Positions 10,604 to 21,067 of a stretch of DNA of 64,000 bases are shown here, in pieces (position 1 is the stretch's first letter; every line of letters starts with the position of its first letter). Under the pieces are notes generated by a model. It made no database searches. It was given only the letters and a program-made list of their open reading frames with translations, and was not told where the DNA came from. The stretch is taken from the IMG/VR virus record IMGVR_UViG_3300033120_001036, positions 792 to 64,791 of that record, one strand, 5' to 3'. Position numbers and translations under genes: made by a program. The DNA comes from a virus.

Positions 10604-11152
10604 TTAATATTCAATTTTTAAAGAAAAATTTTCTAAAATCTGACTTAAGTCAATACTTTCATCAATCAAAGAATCGCAAGAAACTAAGTTGTCTAAATCT
10701 GTTGTTTTAGAAGATAACACTTTTCTATGAAGCCAAATACCTATATATGAATTGTTTGTAAAAAAATCTATCTCTAAAAAATTTGTATTTGAGTCAAACT
10801 TTTCAAATTCAGCATAGGTTGGAAGACTATCTGCAGAAGGTATGTTTTCAAATTTTAAATTAGAGCATGAATCCGTGTAAGGTAAGACTCCAGATATTAA
10901 TATTTCTGAGTAGACTAATTGTGTGTGATCTATCCATATTTTTAACGGTGTAGCTATTGTAGCTCCTTCGTTTTTTAATACTATTAATTTTGTTTCATTT
11001 CTATTATCTTTAGACGTAAAAAGATTAGAAAATATAGAATTTAAAACACCATTTCCAATTAGTGAATTGGAAATAAATCCACCAAGAGATTTTGTAGCAT
11101 TTGCTTGTGGTTCATAAGCTTTTTCTGAACCAGAATAATATAATCTAATCAT
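10604..11152 (-). CDS. Putative virion structural protein
   Basis: Beta-rich 182 aa (KSLGGFIS, YIGIWL) at the end of the tail module. Confidence 0.55.
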   Translation of the reverse strand: MIRLYYSGSEKAYEPQANATKSLGGFISNSLIGNGVLNSIFSNLFTSKDNRNETKLIVLKNEGATIATPLKIWIDHTQLVYSEILISGVLPYTDSCSNLKFENIPSADSLPTYAEFEKFDSNTNFLEIDFFTNNSYIGIWLHRKVLSSKTTDLDNLVSCDSLIDESIDLSQILENFSLKIEY

Positions 11153-11153
11153 T

Positions 11154-13229
11154 TTAGAATAGTTTCTTTACGTAATAATAGTTTTCTGGAGCTCCAGTTA
11201 TAATGTCTGTACCGTTCTTTCCATTACATATAGCATAACCTAACCATCCATTTCCAACACCCAAACCAGAAGAATCAAAAAACGTTCTATCATTTATGTC
11301 TACATTGACTAACGTGACTTCATTTTTTGGTGTTAGTTGATAATCTTGCCAACAGTACCAAGATACTCCGTCAAATATTACATATACTGCAACACCATTG
11401 TCGACGTGATCTGCTAAACCGAAATCTCTTTCAGATATTGTTTTTATAATAGTTCCAGTACTTGAAAGGTTTGAATATCCGTATGTGATATTTAAAGTCT
11501 TTTCACCTATTGCTACCTTTTTAGACAATACAAATACAAACATGTCTCCAGATACAGCAGAAATAGTGTCTAAGTTTATATATTGATCTTTATCTTTTGA
11601 GTTAACGCAATTTCCAGTAAGTAGAAGTTGGTATCTAGAATTCACCCCAGGTATCAATGTTCTGAATTCAAAATCATCTCCCATTATGAAGTTTTCAGAT
11701 ACTTGAGTTAATCTATCTATCTTTGTTTTGTAATGTTGAACTCCGTAAGAATGTGGATATAGTTTCAACCATCCCTCTTCGTTTTCTTTTACATTGTAAG
11801 GTACATTTATTACTCTATCTAAATCAAGCGCACCAGAGCTATCAAATGAAGATTCTTTATAATAACCTATCTCATCACTTAAAGGATTAAACCAACTAGA
11901 ATAGTTTTTGTTAATAAGATGTCTGTACTTAACCCTATAAGTGCTTATTTCTGTGTTGTTTAATTCTAACAACATTACAGCAACTGGAGTATTTACTGGG
12001 AAAGAATATATTCTATTTGACAATTCATACCCTGGTTCTCCAGTTATAGAAATTTGAACCTCTTCGCAATCTGGAACAACTAAAAGTTGTTGATCTATTA
12101 TCTCTATAGACCCATCAGATAAATAGTCGTTTACGTCTAAAGCGTCAATAGATAAATTTATAGCACTACCAGATTTTATAGAACTAATAACTTTTGAATA
12201 GTTTCCATTTTCTGTATATAATCTCCATCCGTCAAAATCTCCATCTGTAAAGTTATCTATTGTTTTAAATCTACCACCTTTAGAAGAACCAAACAAAGTT
12301 ACTTTATTTGTATTTGAATCTATAGACCAGTTTGAAGATCTCATACCCCAAGCCATTTCAACAATGTTTCTATCATTGAAAGTTGTTGGTTCTGTGTATT
12401 TACAAGCCTCAATACCGAAAAGTTTATTTTCTTCAAAAAATGAACCTAATTTGTAACTTTGATCATCTATAAGTGTCCAAATAGATGTTCTTTTATCTTG
12501 TATTACTAATTGGTTTTCTGACCACCTTATTCTTGCTAAAAAGAATTCTTCTCCAACTAAATGGGTAGGTTTTGTATTTTTTACAACCTCTTCAACGATT
12601 TCTATTGTAGCATAATCTTTTCTAAAAGGATATTTTTCTCCTTCAGATTGTGTAGTTCCTGGGGTAAACGTTCCTACTATTTTTATTTTTAAACCAGTTT
12701 CAGCTTGAAAATACCCAACTATTTTAGCATTGTTGTTATCTACAACTTCAAGAACGTCGTATTCTCCTTGATTTATTTCAGATATAAATTTTATTCTAGT
12801 TGGAAAATTTGGTTGACCTCTAAATATTTTCATTAAATTTCCACCTACGCCACTTAAGTTTCCATCTATGTCTATAGAAAAAGTACCATCTTCAATGCTA
12901 GTATTAGTATATTTAGTCTTAATCCAATACCAAGTATTCTGTTGAGGTATCTCTATTTGTCTCTCTATTTCTCTAGAAAGATAATTGCCGTTAGAATCTA
13001 TTGCTTCAATTTTGGCCACTTTAATAGTTTTATTTCCAGCCTCATTGTCTACATCTTGCTCAACCTTACCATTTGTAAAATTTAAAGAATTTGGATATTT
13101 TATTAATCCAAAGCTTGAGCTAGCTTTTACTGTGTGTTTCCTAAAACCCTCTTCACTCAAAAAGCTTTGAAAAGCTTTGAGTTCATAAGATCCTAAAAAA
13201 AGATTTGGTGATAAGTTTATATAGCTCAT
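11154..13229 (-). CDS. Baseplate / tail-fibre-associated structural protein
   Basis: 691-aa beta-rich protein with collar-like C-terminus (GYAICNGKNGT). Confidence 0.6.
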   Translation of the reverse strand: MSYINLSPNLFLGSYELKAFQSFLSEEGFRKHTVKASSSFGLIKYPNSLNFTNGKVEQDVDNEAGNKTIKVAKIEAIDSNGNYLSREIERQIEIPQQNTWYWIKTKYTNTSIEDGTFSIDIDGNLSGVGGNLMKIFRGQPNFPTRIKFISEINQGEYDVLEVVDNNNAKIVGYFQAETGLKIKIVGTFTPGTTQSEGEKYPFRKDYATIEIVEEVVKNTKPTHLVGEEFFLARIRWSENQLVIQDKRTSIWTLIDDQSYKLGSFFEENKLFGIEACKYTEPTTFNDRNIVEMAWGMRSSNWSIDSNTNKVTLFGSSKGGRFKTIDNFTDGDFDGWRLYTENGNYSKVISSIKSGSAINLSIDALDVNDYLSDGSIEIIDQQLLVVPDCEEVQISITGEPGYELSNRIYSFPVNTPVAVMLLELNNTEISTYRVKYRHLINKNYSSWFNPLSDEIGYYKESSFDSSGALDLDRVINVPYNVKENEEGWLKLYPHSYGVQHYKTKIDRLTQVSENFIMGDDFEFRTLIPGVNSRYQLLLTGNCVNSKDKDQYINLDTISAVSGDMFVFVLSKKVAIGEKTLNITYGYSNLSSTGTIIKTISERDFGLADHVDNGVAVYVIFDGVSWYCWQDYQLTPKNEVTLVNVDINDRTFFDSSGLGVGNGWLGYAICNGKNGTDIITGAPENYYYVKKLF

Positions 13230-13894
13230 AGTAACTTTCTTATAATAGTAATTTCTTTATTTCTGCTTTTATCAAAAAAACCTTCTTGTTTTCTATTTTT
13301 AGGGTTAGATGTATTGCCTTCAAATACCTTAAAATTATCTAATGTATCTTTAAGATATATGCCTACATGAGTTATATTATTTCCATAAAAATTAAATCCT
13401 GCTATGTCACCTATTTCTGGATCTGTTTTGTAAACTCCCACATATTTACCTTTGTAAAATATAATGTTTTCATTGAACCAACCTCTAGCCATCAAAGGTG
13501 ATTTAACGTCTTTTGGTAAATCAACTCCAGCTTTTTCTAAACAGTATTGTACGGTTGCTCCGCAATAAGGTCTGTTTTCATATCTATCTAAACCAGTGTG
13601 TTTTATAACAATATTTACAACTTTACCAGAATTCTTACCAACCTCTTTTTGACCAACAAGAGATCTAGTTTGCTTATAAATGCTTAATCTTTTTTGAGAA
13701 ACGGTTTTTGGCTTCTTAATTAAGCTATTTTTAGCGTCTCTGTTGATTTGTTTTATAGAAACTAATGTATCTACAACTATAACCCTGTTTTCATTGCTCC
13801 CATCGTTGGAAGTGTGCTCACTATGTACATATTTCCAGCAAGCAAAAATAAGAACCCAAATAACACACAAAAATCCAATAGCACTCTTTTCCAT
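13226..13894 (-). CDS. Endolysin, CHAP/NlpC-type peptidoglycan hydrolase with N-terminal membrane anchor
   Basis: PYCGATVQYC (catalytic Cys), GDIA.F, HVGIY, EGNTS; hydrophobic N-terminus. Confidence 0.8.
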   Translation of the reverse strand: MEKSAIGFLCVIWVLIFACWKYVHSEHTSNDGSNENRVIVVDTLVSIKQINRDAKNSLIKKPKTVSQKRLSIYKQTRSLVGQKEVGKNSGKVVNIVIKHTGLDRYENRPYCGATVQYCLEKAGVDLPKDVKSPLMARGWFNENIIFYKGKYVGVYKTDPEIGDIAGFNFYGNNITHVGIYLKDTLDNFKVFEGNTSNPKNRKQEGFFDKSRNKEITIIRKLL

Positions 13895-14370
13895 CCTTGA
13901 AGTTCAAGATACTCTGTTAAAAAATCGAATTTTGGATTGTTTGAACTAATATTAGGCATAAATCTAAAAAACAATAACCTAAAAAACAATCTGTAAAATG
14001 CGAATATAGATAAGAACTCTATTCCAAATAATGCGAAACCACCAGATGTTATTCTAAGAATCCCTCCTGTTAACATCTCTATGTTTAACATAGAAGATTG
14101 TGTAAAAATACAAATTAAAAGATACAAGCTAAAGGGTATAACTGCGAACAGCACTACATTCATAGGATTAAATCCTTTTCTTATGTGTAAAAACACCTCT
14201 TCGTCACTTGAATTAGGATTCTCTTCAGAATACTTAGATTCTTGGTTTTCTATTATTGACATAATATCATTGTATTTTACATATTTGACATTGTCAACTT
14301 CTAATTTTTGAGACGTTTTTACTTCTCTTTTTATTCTGTCTGAAATAACTAAGTTTGTCTTTTCCATCAT
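13777..14370 (-). CDS. Membrane protein, putative holin
   Basis: About three hydrophobic segments; overlaps the endolysin start by 118 nt. Confidence 0.5.
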   Translation of the reverse strand: MMEKTNLVISDRIKREVKTSQKLEVDNVKYVKYNDIMSIIENQESKYSEENPNSSDEEVFLHIRKGFNPMNVVLFAVIPFSLYLLICIFTQSSMLNIEMLTGGILRITSGGFALFGIEFLSIFAFYRLFFRLLFFRFMPNISSNNPKFDFLTEYLELQGWKRVLLDFCVLFGFLFLLAGNMYIVSTLPTMGAMKTGL

Positions 14371-15647
14371 CTTATAGCGTTTCTTTGTAATTTAAATTCG
14401 TAAATAGTAGTATTATTTTTTTGAGGTTTCTTGCCAATTTTTATTTTTTCAATTGAAGCGTTTAAAAAAATAAGATCTCCAGATTTTACTTGTAAATCAT
14501 TTATTTTACAATCATTGAAAATAACTAAACAGCGTAATAGTGTTGTATTTTCATTTTCTTCATTTTCAAAATAAAGAAATCTATTTTTGTTTATATCTAT
14601 TTTTCTAGACAGAGATACTCTACAACCACAAACGTTTAATTTTGAAGATATTATCGGATAAAGTAAAGATTCTACTTCAGCGTCGTCCATTTTTAAATAA
14701 TCAAACATTTCAAAAGATCCAGATAAATTGATTGGATTTGTCGAAGTTATAGTTTGATCGTAAATACTTTTTTGAATATCTACATTATCAGATTTTGGAA
14801 AACTAGTAAAGTCGAAACCAAAAATTAAAATGTATTTATATTTTAGTGAAGCATTTCCAACAAAAGAAAAATTAATTAAATCTTCGTAAGTTAATATCAA
14901 AGAATTTCCAGATTCCATTTTTGTTAAAAAAGAACTATCAAAATTTAACATTGAAATTTCATCTCTCAAACAAGTTACTAAGTAGAATTTAAATATTCTA
15001 CTTGGTGTTATTTTCTTAAATGAATCTATTTTTTCAATTGATATTATTTCTTTGTATATTGCTTTGTTTGAATTTGAATCAAAAACTACATTTCTTAAAA
15101 TCTCTTCACACAGTAATAAATGTTGACCTGGAAGATCTAATGCAGTAAATGAATCTTTATCCTCTAATTGTTTTATTTTTTCGAATAAAACATTTGAAAG
15201 ATTTAAGTTTAATTTTGAATTATTTAACTTTAAAATGCTTGAATTAACTTTATCTACTACATCTATATAGTTTATTGATTTTACTATCTCTTCTAAAATA
15301 TTAGTTTGATTCTCTCTCCATAGTATTAAATTTCCATGATTGGATATTTCAGCAACTTTGTCGTTTAATGTAATATAAAAAGATTCTCTTCCAACTATTG
15401 ATGCTATAAAATTGTAGTTTGCTATTTTAGTTCTTATTCTTCCACACAATATTCCACATTCGTTTACAAACATTCTTTTTATCGAAAAAGAACATTCACT
15501 TTTTTTGTGTTTTGAAAAAGAAAATAATCTATTTATAAAATTCATAGTGCCAATATTTTGATCCAACAAAATATCTTTTACATCTATGAAATTGTTTAGC
15601 GACAAATAGAAATTCTCATCGCTAAACATTTTATCAAATTTATTCAT
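14367..15647 (-). CDS. Hypothetical protein (possible degenerate 2OG-Fe(II) oxygenase-like folds)
   Basis: 426-aa ORF; C-terminal LRCLVIFND..VKSGDLIF loosely resembles a DSBH fold. Confidence 0.6.
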   Translation of the reverse strand: MNKFDKMFSDENFYLSLNNFIDVKDILLDQNIGTMNFINRLFSFSKHKKSECSFSIKRMFVNECGILCGRIRTKIANYNFIASIVGRESFYITLNDKVAEISNHGNLILWRENQTNILEEIVKSINYIDVVDKVNSSILKLNNSKLNLNLSNVLFEKIKQLEDKDSFTALDLPGQHLLLCEEILRNVVFDSNSNKAIYKEIISIEKIDSFKKITPSRIFKFYLVTCLRDEISMLNFDSSFLTKMESGNSLILTYEDLINFSFVGNASLKYKYILIFGFDFTSFPKSDNVDIQKSIYDQTITSTNPINLSGSFEMFDYLKMDDAEVESLLYPIISSKLNVCGCRVSLSRKIDINKNRFLYFENEENENTTLLRCLVIFNDCKINDLQVKSGDLIFLNASIEKIKIGKKPQKNNTTIYEFKLQRNAIR

Positions 15648-15656
15648 ATTTCTATA

Positions 15657-15974
15657 TTAACCACCGCAAGCAGTACAGTCGCTATGTTCTTCGTAGTTAG
15701 TTAAAAGAGGTCCAACAATAGCTCCCTGATTAGCTACAGTGTAACATATACCAGTTCCAATGTCTTTAATTACCACACCTGTATCTAGATTAATATCGTC
15801 AATTTGATAAGTTGCATTTCCACCCCATAAGCCACAATCAAGATGAGGTTCAAACTTTTGTCCAGCTTCATACTTTAAAAGTTGTAACATCAAAGAAGAC
15901 TCATCTTTTGAAATAAAGTTCCTAAGTTCAAAAACTGAACCTGGGAACTCTAATAATGTTTGTAATTTTGCCAT
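15657..15974 (-). CDS. Small chimeric protein: prolyl-hydroxylase-like fragments plus Cys-rich tail
   Basis: VFELRNFISKDE and LQLLKYEAGQKFEPHLD, followed by CYTV...DCTAC. Confidence 0.5.
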   Translation of the reverse strand: MAKLQTLLEFPGSVFELRNFISKDESSLMLQLLKYEAGQKFEPHLDCGLWGGNATYQIDDINLDTGVVIKDIGTGICYTVANQGAIVGPLLTNYEEHSDCTACGG

Positions 15975-16003
15975 TTCTAGTTATAATTTATCGACATTTT
16001 TAA

Positions 16004-18622
16004 TTAAGGACAACCAGTTTCACCACTAGCTATTTGTATAGAACCATTATGTCCAGAAGGCGGTTCTGCAAAGGCATTAGAAGAACCAGTATAAGTAAAG
16101 AATGTAGGTTCAACTCCAGGCAATACATATCTCTGTCCAGTACCTCCAGCTGGGTTAATTGTTGTCCAAGCATAGTCACTAGAACCACAACCTGCTAATT
16201 CATAATATGTTGTCTCAGATGGTGGTGGTGGCGGAGGCGGTGGAGGTGGAGTAGGTGGTGTTGGTGGTGGAGTGGGTGGCGGCGGTGTTCCTCCAGATAA
16301 ATAGAAAAATTCATAATCTGAAGCAATATCTCCACTACTAACGCAACCTAATTGAACAGTTATACTAGATAATCCAGAAGAATCAGACCCCCAATCAACA
16401 GAGCAAGTAGATCCAGTATTACTACCATTTATAGTGCCACCTTGAACAGACCAAGCTATAATATTATTTGACCCACCAGAAGCTGAAAAACCATAAGTCT
16501 CGCTAGTGTTTATCGAAGGAGAAAAATTTCCAGACAATGTTACGCTAGAAGGTGTAGAACAACTTGGTGGAGTCGGTGGTGGTGGTGTTGGCGGAGGAGG
16601 AGGAGGTGGTGGTGGCGGAGTAGGGGGTGTTGAGATAGACACGTTTACAGTTTTACCAAGCTGTATATTGTATGAGCCATTGCAATTAAATACTCTAACT
16701 TGAGGATAGAATTGACCTACGGAGTTAAATGTATAAGTAACGTAATCGTCACCAGAACCTCCACCACTTATCAATGTAGCGCCTTGACATGAATATTGAT
16801 AAGTAAATGGTGAATCGCCATTTAGATTTCTAGTTAAGAATTCTAAAGTTGTTCCAGGTGAAACGTTATATGTGTCAACAGTGTTATTGAAAGAACCTCC
16901 GCTCACTGGATTACATGATGGTGGTGGTGGTGTTCCGCTACTGTTTATGACTATAGTTCTTTGAAGTGTTTTACTTATACCACCACCACAATTAGACACT
17001 ACAGCGGTTACTGAATAAGTACCAGTTGAGGGGAAACTAAATTTGATTTGATTTTCTGGTAAAGTGTTATCTGGTATCAAACTCGCACCACCACCATTCC
17101 ACTCTATATCGTATGGAGGTGTTCCAGTTAAACCTGTAATTTGAAATATAAATTGAGACCCTGGTGTTCCAGCATAAGAACCGCTAATAGTGGTTATAGA
17201 TCCATCGTTTACGCCAACGCATTGAGCTGCGCAGCTAAAGTTTACAGTTTCTTTTAACGAACAACCTCCTCTATCTATTACCTCTACTTCTACAGTTCCA
17301 TTTGGAATTCCTGAAACTAAAGTGCTATCAATTAAAGCTGATAGTGTTTTTTTAGCTACAGATAAACCATTCTTTTTAACGTTTATTATTATTGGATATA
17401 TACCACCTAAAAATGTAGGTTCTATTGTTCCACCCAGCAAAATATCGCAGCTTTTATTTGAATTAAGTGTTCTTAGAGGATTGTATACTTTTTTTGCAGA
17501 TTCAATTGGAGGACAGCAGTCGTCCACCATTCTAACTCCAACTATATCACCAGGTTGTAAATCTGTAGAAAGTAAACCTAGAGAATTATAAGGTATTGAA
17601 ACATTAAACTGACTACCAGTAAAAGTTCTTCTACCTAAGACTACATTTCTAGTATAATTATATGCTTGAACTTCGTAAGTTTGACCCTCCATACCTCTAA
17701 TTCTAACTCCATTTATACAAAGTTTAGAAATAAAAGAAGCATCGTTAGGAGCTATTATATCTGATCTATCTGATTCAGATTGAGATTCGCAAGTTTGAGA
17801 TACTTGAATTATGTCTGTAGATAGTATGGGGTTTGTGAGAGGAACTATGAAGTTTGACTCTATATCTATTTCTATATTTTTTTCAAACCTTACGTTGTTT
17901 ATGAATAGAGCTGTTATAAGTCCTCCAGCACAACCTATTCCAGACACAGTTGATTCACCAACATTTGGTGTATTCAGAACTGGTTTTGGAGATTTTGGTG
18001 GTAAATATTTAACGCATTGAGTTTTGTTATTACTACAAACGTTTGAGTAAGAAACGGGAACATTTACTTCTATAGTTATACAGGGTATTGGTGTTCCACA
18101 ATCATAAGAAGCTTTTAAATAGCTTATAGTTATAACGTCACCCTCTTCAAAATCAGAACCCAATATTAAATTTCCATTTTCATCAAAAGTGTGCCCTGTT
18201 GATGTTATTGTTGGCGTAGTTGGTATTCCTTCAGTTGTTAGCGTTATAACGTTCCCAGATAAGATTCTGTCTGGTCCAAGATTAGATATTTCAACTTGAA
18301 TATTTAAACCAGTCTCATCGCAAAAAACTACTGGTTTTCTTATTTCTACATCAGTGGTTGGTCCAGCTACAACAACTATTTCACTAAATTCAGATGATTC
18401 AAGTTCACAAACCACTTTGGTTTTTAAAGAACCTATTTCAGCTAATGGATCTTCTAAAGTTAATGTAGCCACTCCAAATAGATCTATAACAGCTTCTCCT
18501 ATTAACTCATCATTAAAATAGAACTCCATGTTGCAACCAGAGTTATCTGTTGAAGCTTGAGCATAGAATACTGTTGAATATATGGTGTAGGGACCATTTA
18601 TTATTTCTGGCGTCTCTATCAT
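16004..18622 (-). CDS. Tail fibre / adhesin with Ig/PKD-like repeats and polyproline linkers
   Basis: Cys-bracketed beta repeats ending V.NC.G and three Pro tracts. True start is likely ATG at 18622, just after the promoter at 18643. Confidence 0.75.
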   Translation of the reverse strand: MIETPEIINGPYTIYSTVFYAQASTDNSGCNMEFYFNDELIGEAVIDLFGVATLTLEDPLAEIGSLKTKVVCELESSEFSEIVVVAGPTTDVEIRKPVVFCDETGLNIQVEISNLGPDRILSGNVITLTTEGIPTTPTITSTGHTFDENGNLILGSDFEEGDVITISYLKASYDCGTPIPCITIEVNVPVSYSNVCSNNKTQCVKYLPPKSPKPVLNTPNVGESTVSGIGCAGGLITALFINNVRFEKNIEIDIESNFIVPLTNPILSTDIIQVSQTCESQSESDRSDIIAPNDASFISKLCINGVRIRGMEGQTYEVQAYNYTRNVVLGRRTFTGSQFNVSIPYNSLGLLSTDLQPGDIVGVRMVDDCCPPIESAKKVYNPLRTLNSNKSCDILLGGTIEPTFLGGIYPIIINVKKNGLSVAKKTLSALIDSTLVSGIPNGTVEVEVIDRGGCSLKETVNFSCAAQCVGVNDGSITTISGSYAGTPGSQFIFQITGLTGTPPYDIEWNGGGASLIPDNTLPENQIKFSFPSTGTYSVTAVVSNCGGGISKTLQRTIVINSSGTPPPPSCNPVSGGSFNNTVDTYNVSPGTTLEFLTRNLNGDSPFTYQYSCQGATLISGGGSGDDYVTYTFNSVGQFYPQVRVFNCNGSYNIQLGKTVNVSISTPPTPPPPPPPPPPTPPPPTPPSCSTPSSVTLSGNFSPSINTSETYGFSASGGSNNIIAWSVQGGTINGSNTGSTCSVDWGSDSSGLSSITVQLGCVSSGDIASDYEFFYLSGGTPPPPTPPPTPPTPPPPPPPPPPSETTYYELAGCGSSDYAWTTINPAGGTGQRYVLPGVEPTFFTYTGSSNAFAEPPSGHNGSIQIASGETGCP
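16219..16290 (+). repeat. GGN trinucleotide tract encoding polyproline
   Basis: ggtggtggtggcggaggcggtggaggtgga...; encodes TPPPPTPPPTPPTPPPPPPPPPP on the minus strand. Confidence 0.9.
16565..16630 (+). repeat. GGN trinucleotide tract encoding polyproline
   Basis: Encodes TPPTPPPPPPPPPPTPPPPTPP on the minus strand. Confidence 0.9.
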
Positions 18623-18642
18623 ATTTAAAAATTTAAATTTTA

Positions 18643-18650
18643 CAAAAATA
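18643..18650 (-). promoter_or_regulatory. -7 promoter box TATTTTTG
   Basis: Matches the Bacteroidota TAnnTTTG consensus, 20 nt upstream of ATG 18622. Confidence 0.55.
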
Positions 18651-18657
18651 AGAACTT

Positions 18658-21066
18658 CTATGTTACTGAAATATTTTGCGTCAATATTTCTGATTGTCCG
18701 CAAACGTTAGTTATTAAGGCTTTTAAGTAATATGTTCCTGGAGATGTTATTCTAAAATCGAAAATTCCAGTTACTGAATTGTTATTTTCTTCATATAGAA
18801 AAGGAATTTTCATATCTACATTTGAATCGTACAGCTCATAAGTTAATTGAAAAGGTAAAGAAACATTAGAACTCACTGAAGTAGTTGTTCTCATCAATTC
18901 ACCACTTACAACTATTATTTTACTTAAAACTATGGATAGGTCGTTTGAAGTTGGAGCTATACATGAAGATATTTTCTTTTCAGTTTTTACATATTTAGTT
19001 GCTGTAAATTGACCGCAAGCGTTTACTATTTTAGCTCTTATTATGGAATCTGCCTCTATGTTTCTAAAATTAACATAAAGATTACTTCTTTCAATTCTAT
19101 AGCCTATAGAGCTAACTATCGAGAATCCACTTTGATTTTGAACGTCCCAAGTTACTGAAAATGGCTCTGTTGGTTTAAGTCCAAATGTCTCTACAGAAAA
19201 TACATATTCTGTGTTTGTATATAAACCACTTTCACCAGCTATTTTAGAATTACCTCTAGATGGGTGTATGCATTCACCGCTCACTATTTCGCTAGGATTT
19301 AATTCGCAACTACAACTTAAATCGCTAATATCTAAAGTCAAACAATCGCAACCTAAATCGTCAAAATCAATTGCCGTGCAATCGCATGAAATATTTTCAA
19401 ATTCAATTTCGGCTCCATTCGGAAAACATCTATAACATTTTTCAAAATCATACTCGTCATTTAAAATCCAATAAGATTCATTTGAAGTACAATTGTTTAG
19501 ATCTATAAACTCCTCTTCATATCTACCAGTATTTGCTCCCAAATATTTAACACACCTAATCTTTCCAGATTTTTGAAAATTGGTATTTTGAGTTCCAGCG
19601 CAATCTAAAGTATTTAAATAGTTTATGTCTGAACTTTGAGATAATTTAAAATGAGAATTGTACGGTATAAATTTAGATCTTAAATGTTCTTCTACTTGAT
19701 CTATAGAGTTGTCTGATCTATTATTTAAAATCAAAGAAATGAAATTATTAACCTGAACGAAACCTCTAGAGTAATTAGTTATTAGATTAGAAAATTTAAG
19801 ATTGAAAACATTCAAACTCCCATCTGTAGATTTGATTTCAAAAACTAAATTTGTACAGTTGTTAAATGATTTTAAATGTGTTCCCTCTAGACCATCTATG
19901 ATAGAATAATTTTCATCATTTTCTTTATCTTTATTAAATATGAAAAGATTTATTGGGAAATATTCGTTTTCATTTTGAAGCAACTCTTGATCTATTGCTA
20001 TTTCAGATTCTAAACCAGTTTTTAAAGAATAAAGATACCCTAAGTAGTTGCCAAATGCATCGTATCCTCTAGCTTTTATAGTTAATTTGCCAGATCCTTT
20101 TATTTTAAAATTTAAACAGTAATCTAGTCTTGGATCTATGTTTATAAATTCAGAATTTTGATTTACGCTATTGAATCCCAAATAATTTGTAGAATTTATA
20201 TCAAAATCAATATTTCCCGATTCATCTTCTGTCTTAAGTATGCTACCGAAATGTGGTAGTATTCTATTTTTTATCTTTTCAGAAAAATCAGACACATGAA
20301 TAAATCCTCTATATAGCGGGCTTGAATTATCTAGATTCCAACCAAAGTGTTCTTTTTTAAATAACTCAAAAACAAATTCGTCAGATATATCTTTTTTAAT
20401 TAATCTAATAAATTCACCATCTTCTAAAAATGGCAAAATAGTACCTCTCATGCTTACTTCTTTATAGAAGCTTTCCATTAAATCTCTAAGCTGAGTAAGT
20501 GTTTCGTCGTAATTTAAAAATAAACCTCTTTGTTGTAGAAATGTAGTTATTATAGCTACGTTATTGTAAAAACCCTTAGATGCTTTATTGGAATACCCAA
20601 CATAAAAAGAAAACAATTCGACTATAGATTTCCAGAAATCTACATAATCTGACTCCTGGTCGTAAGAAGAATCTCTTTCTATATATTCTGGAACAATACC
20701 AGAATCAATTAGTTTATTTAAAACATTTTCTTTCCAATCTAAAACCTCTTGAGAATCATGGTCTATTATTTTTGAAAATTTAGATTTATAGAACTTTTCT
20801 CTACCCTGAGGTATGTTTTGAGTTAAGAAAGATATTTCTATGTTCGAAATGAGTGAAAATTCTCTATCTTTATAAACTATACAATAAAAAGAGTCGCCCT
20901 CAGATATATTTAAGACATCTACAACATCTGAACTAGATACGTTTAGTTTAAATGCTGTTAATCTATTATTCTTGTAAACGTAAATTATACCTCCAACATA
21001 TTCTGAAGACACTGAAACGCTGACAGAATCATCTAGCACATTTACGGGGCTTAAAACTATACCCAT
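18658..21066 (-). CDS. Baseplate wedge / fibre-attachment protein with Cys-rich and PKD-like C-terminus
   Basis: Follows baseplate J; CDC...CDC...CSC repeats and two NxCGQ-ending domains. Confidence 0.6.
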   Translation of the reverse strand: MGIVLSPVNVLDDSVSVSVSSEYVGGIIYVYKNNRLTAFKLNVSSSDVVDVLNISEGDSFYCIVYKDREFSLISNIEISFLTQNIPQGREKFYKSKFSKIIDHDSQEVLDWKENVLNKLIDSGIVPEYIERDSSYDQESDYVDFWKSIVELFSFYVGYSNKASKGFYNNVAIITTFLQQRGLFLNYDETLTQLRDLMESFYKEVSMRGTILPFLEDGEFIRLIKKDISDEFVFELFKKEHFGWNLDNSSPLYRGFIHVSDFSEKIKNRILPHFGSILKTEDESGNIDFDINSTNYLGFNSVNQNSEFINIDPRLDYCLNFKIKGSGKLTIKARGYDAFGNYLGYLYSLKTGLESEIAIDQELLQNENEYFPINLFIFNKDKENDENYSIIDGLEGTHLKSFNNCTNLVFEIKSTDGSLNVFNLKFSNLITNYSRGFVQVNNFISLILNNRSDNSIDQVEEHLRSKFIPYNSHFKLSQSSDINYLNTLDCAGTQNTNFQKSGKIRCVKYLGANTGRYEEEFIDLNNCTSNESYWILNDEYDFEKCYRCFPNGAEIEFENISCDCTAIDFDDLGCDCLTLDISDLSCSCELNPSEIVSGECIHPSRGNSKIAGESGLYTNTEYVFSVETFGLKPTEPFSVTWDVQNQSGFSIVSSIGYRIERSNLYVNFRNIEADSIIRAKIVNACGQFTATKYVKTEKKISSCIAPTSNDLSIVLSKIIVVSGELMRTTTSVSSNVSLPFQLTYELYDSNVDMKIPFLYEENNNSVTGIFDFRITSPGTYYLKALITNVCGQSEILTQNISVT

Positions 21067-21067
21067 T

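Noticed and set aside
18623-18703. N-terminal extension of the fibre ORF given in the track
   Set aside because: It overlaps the upstream gene and spans the promoter box at 18643; ATG at 18622 is the better start.
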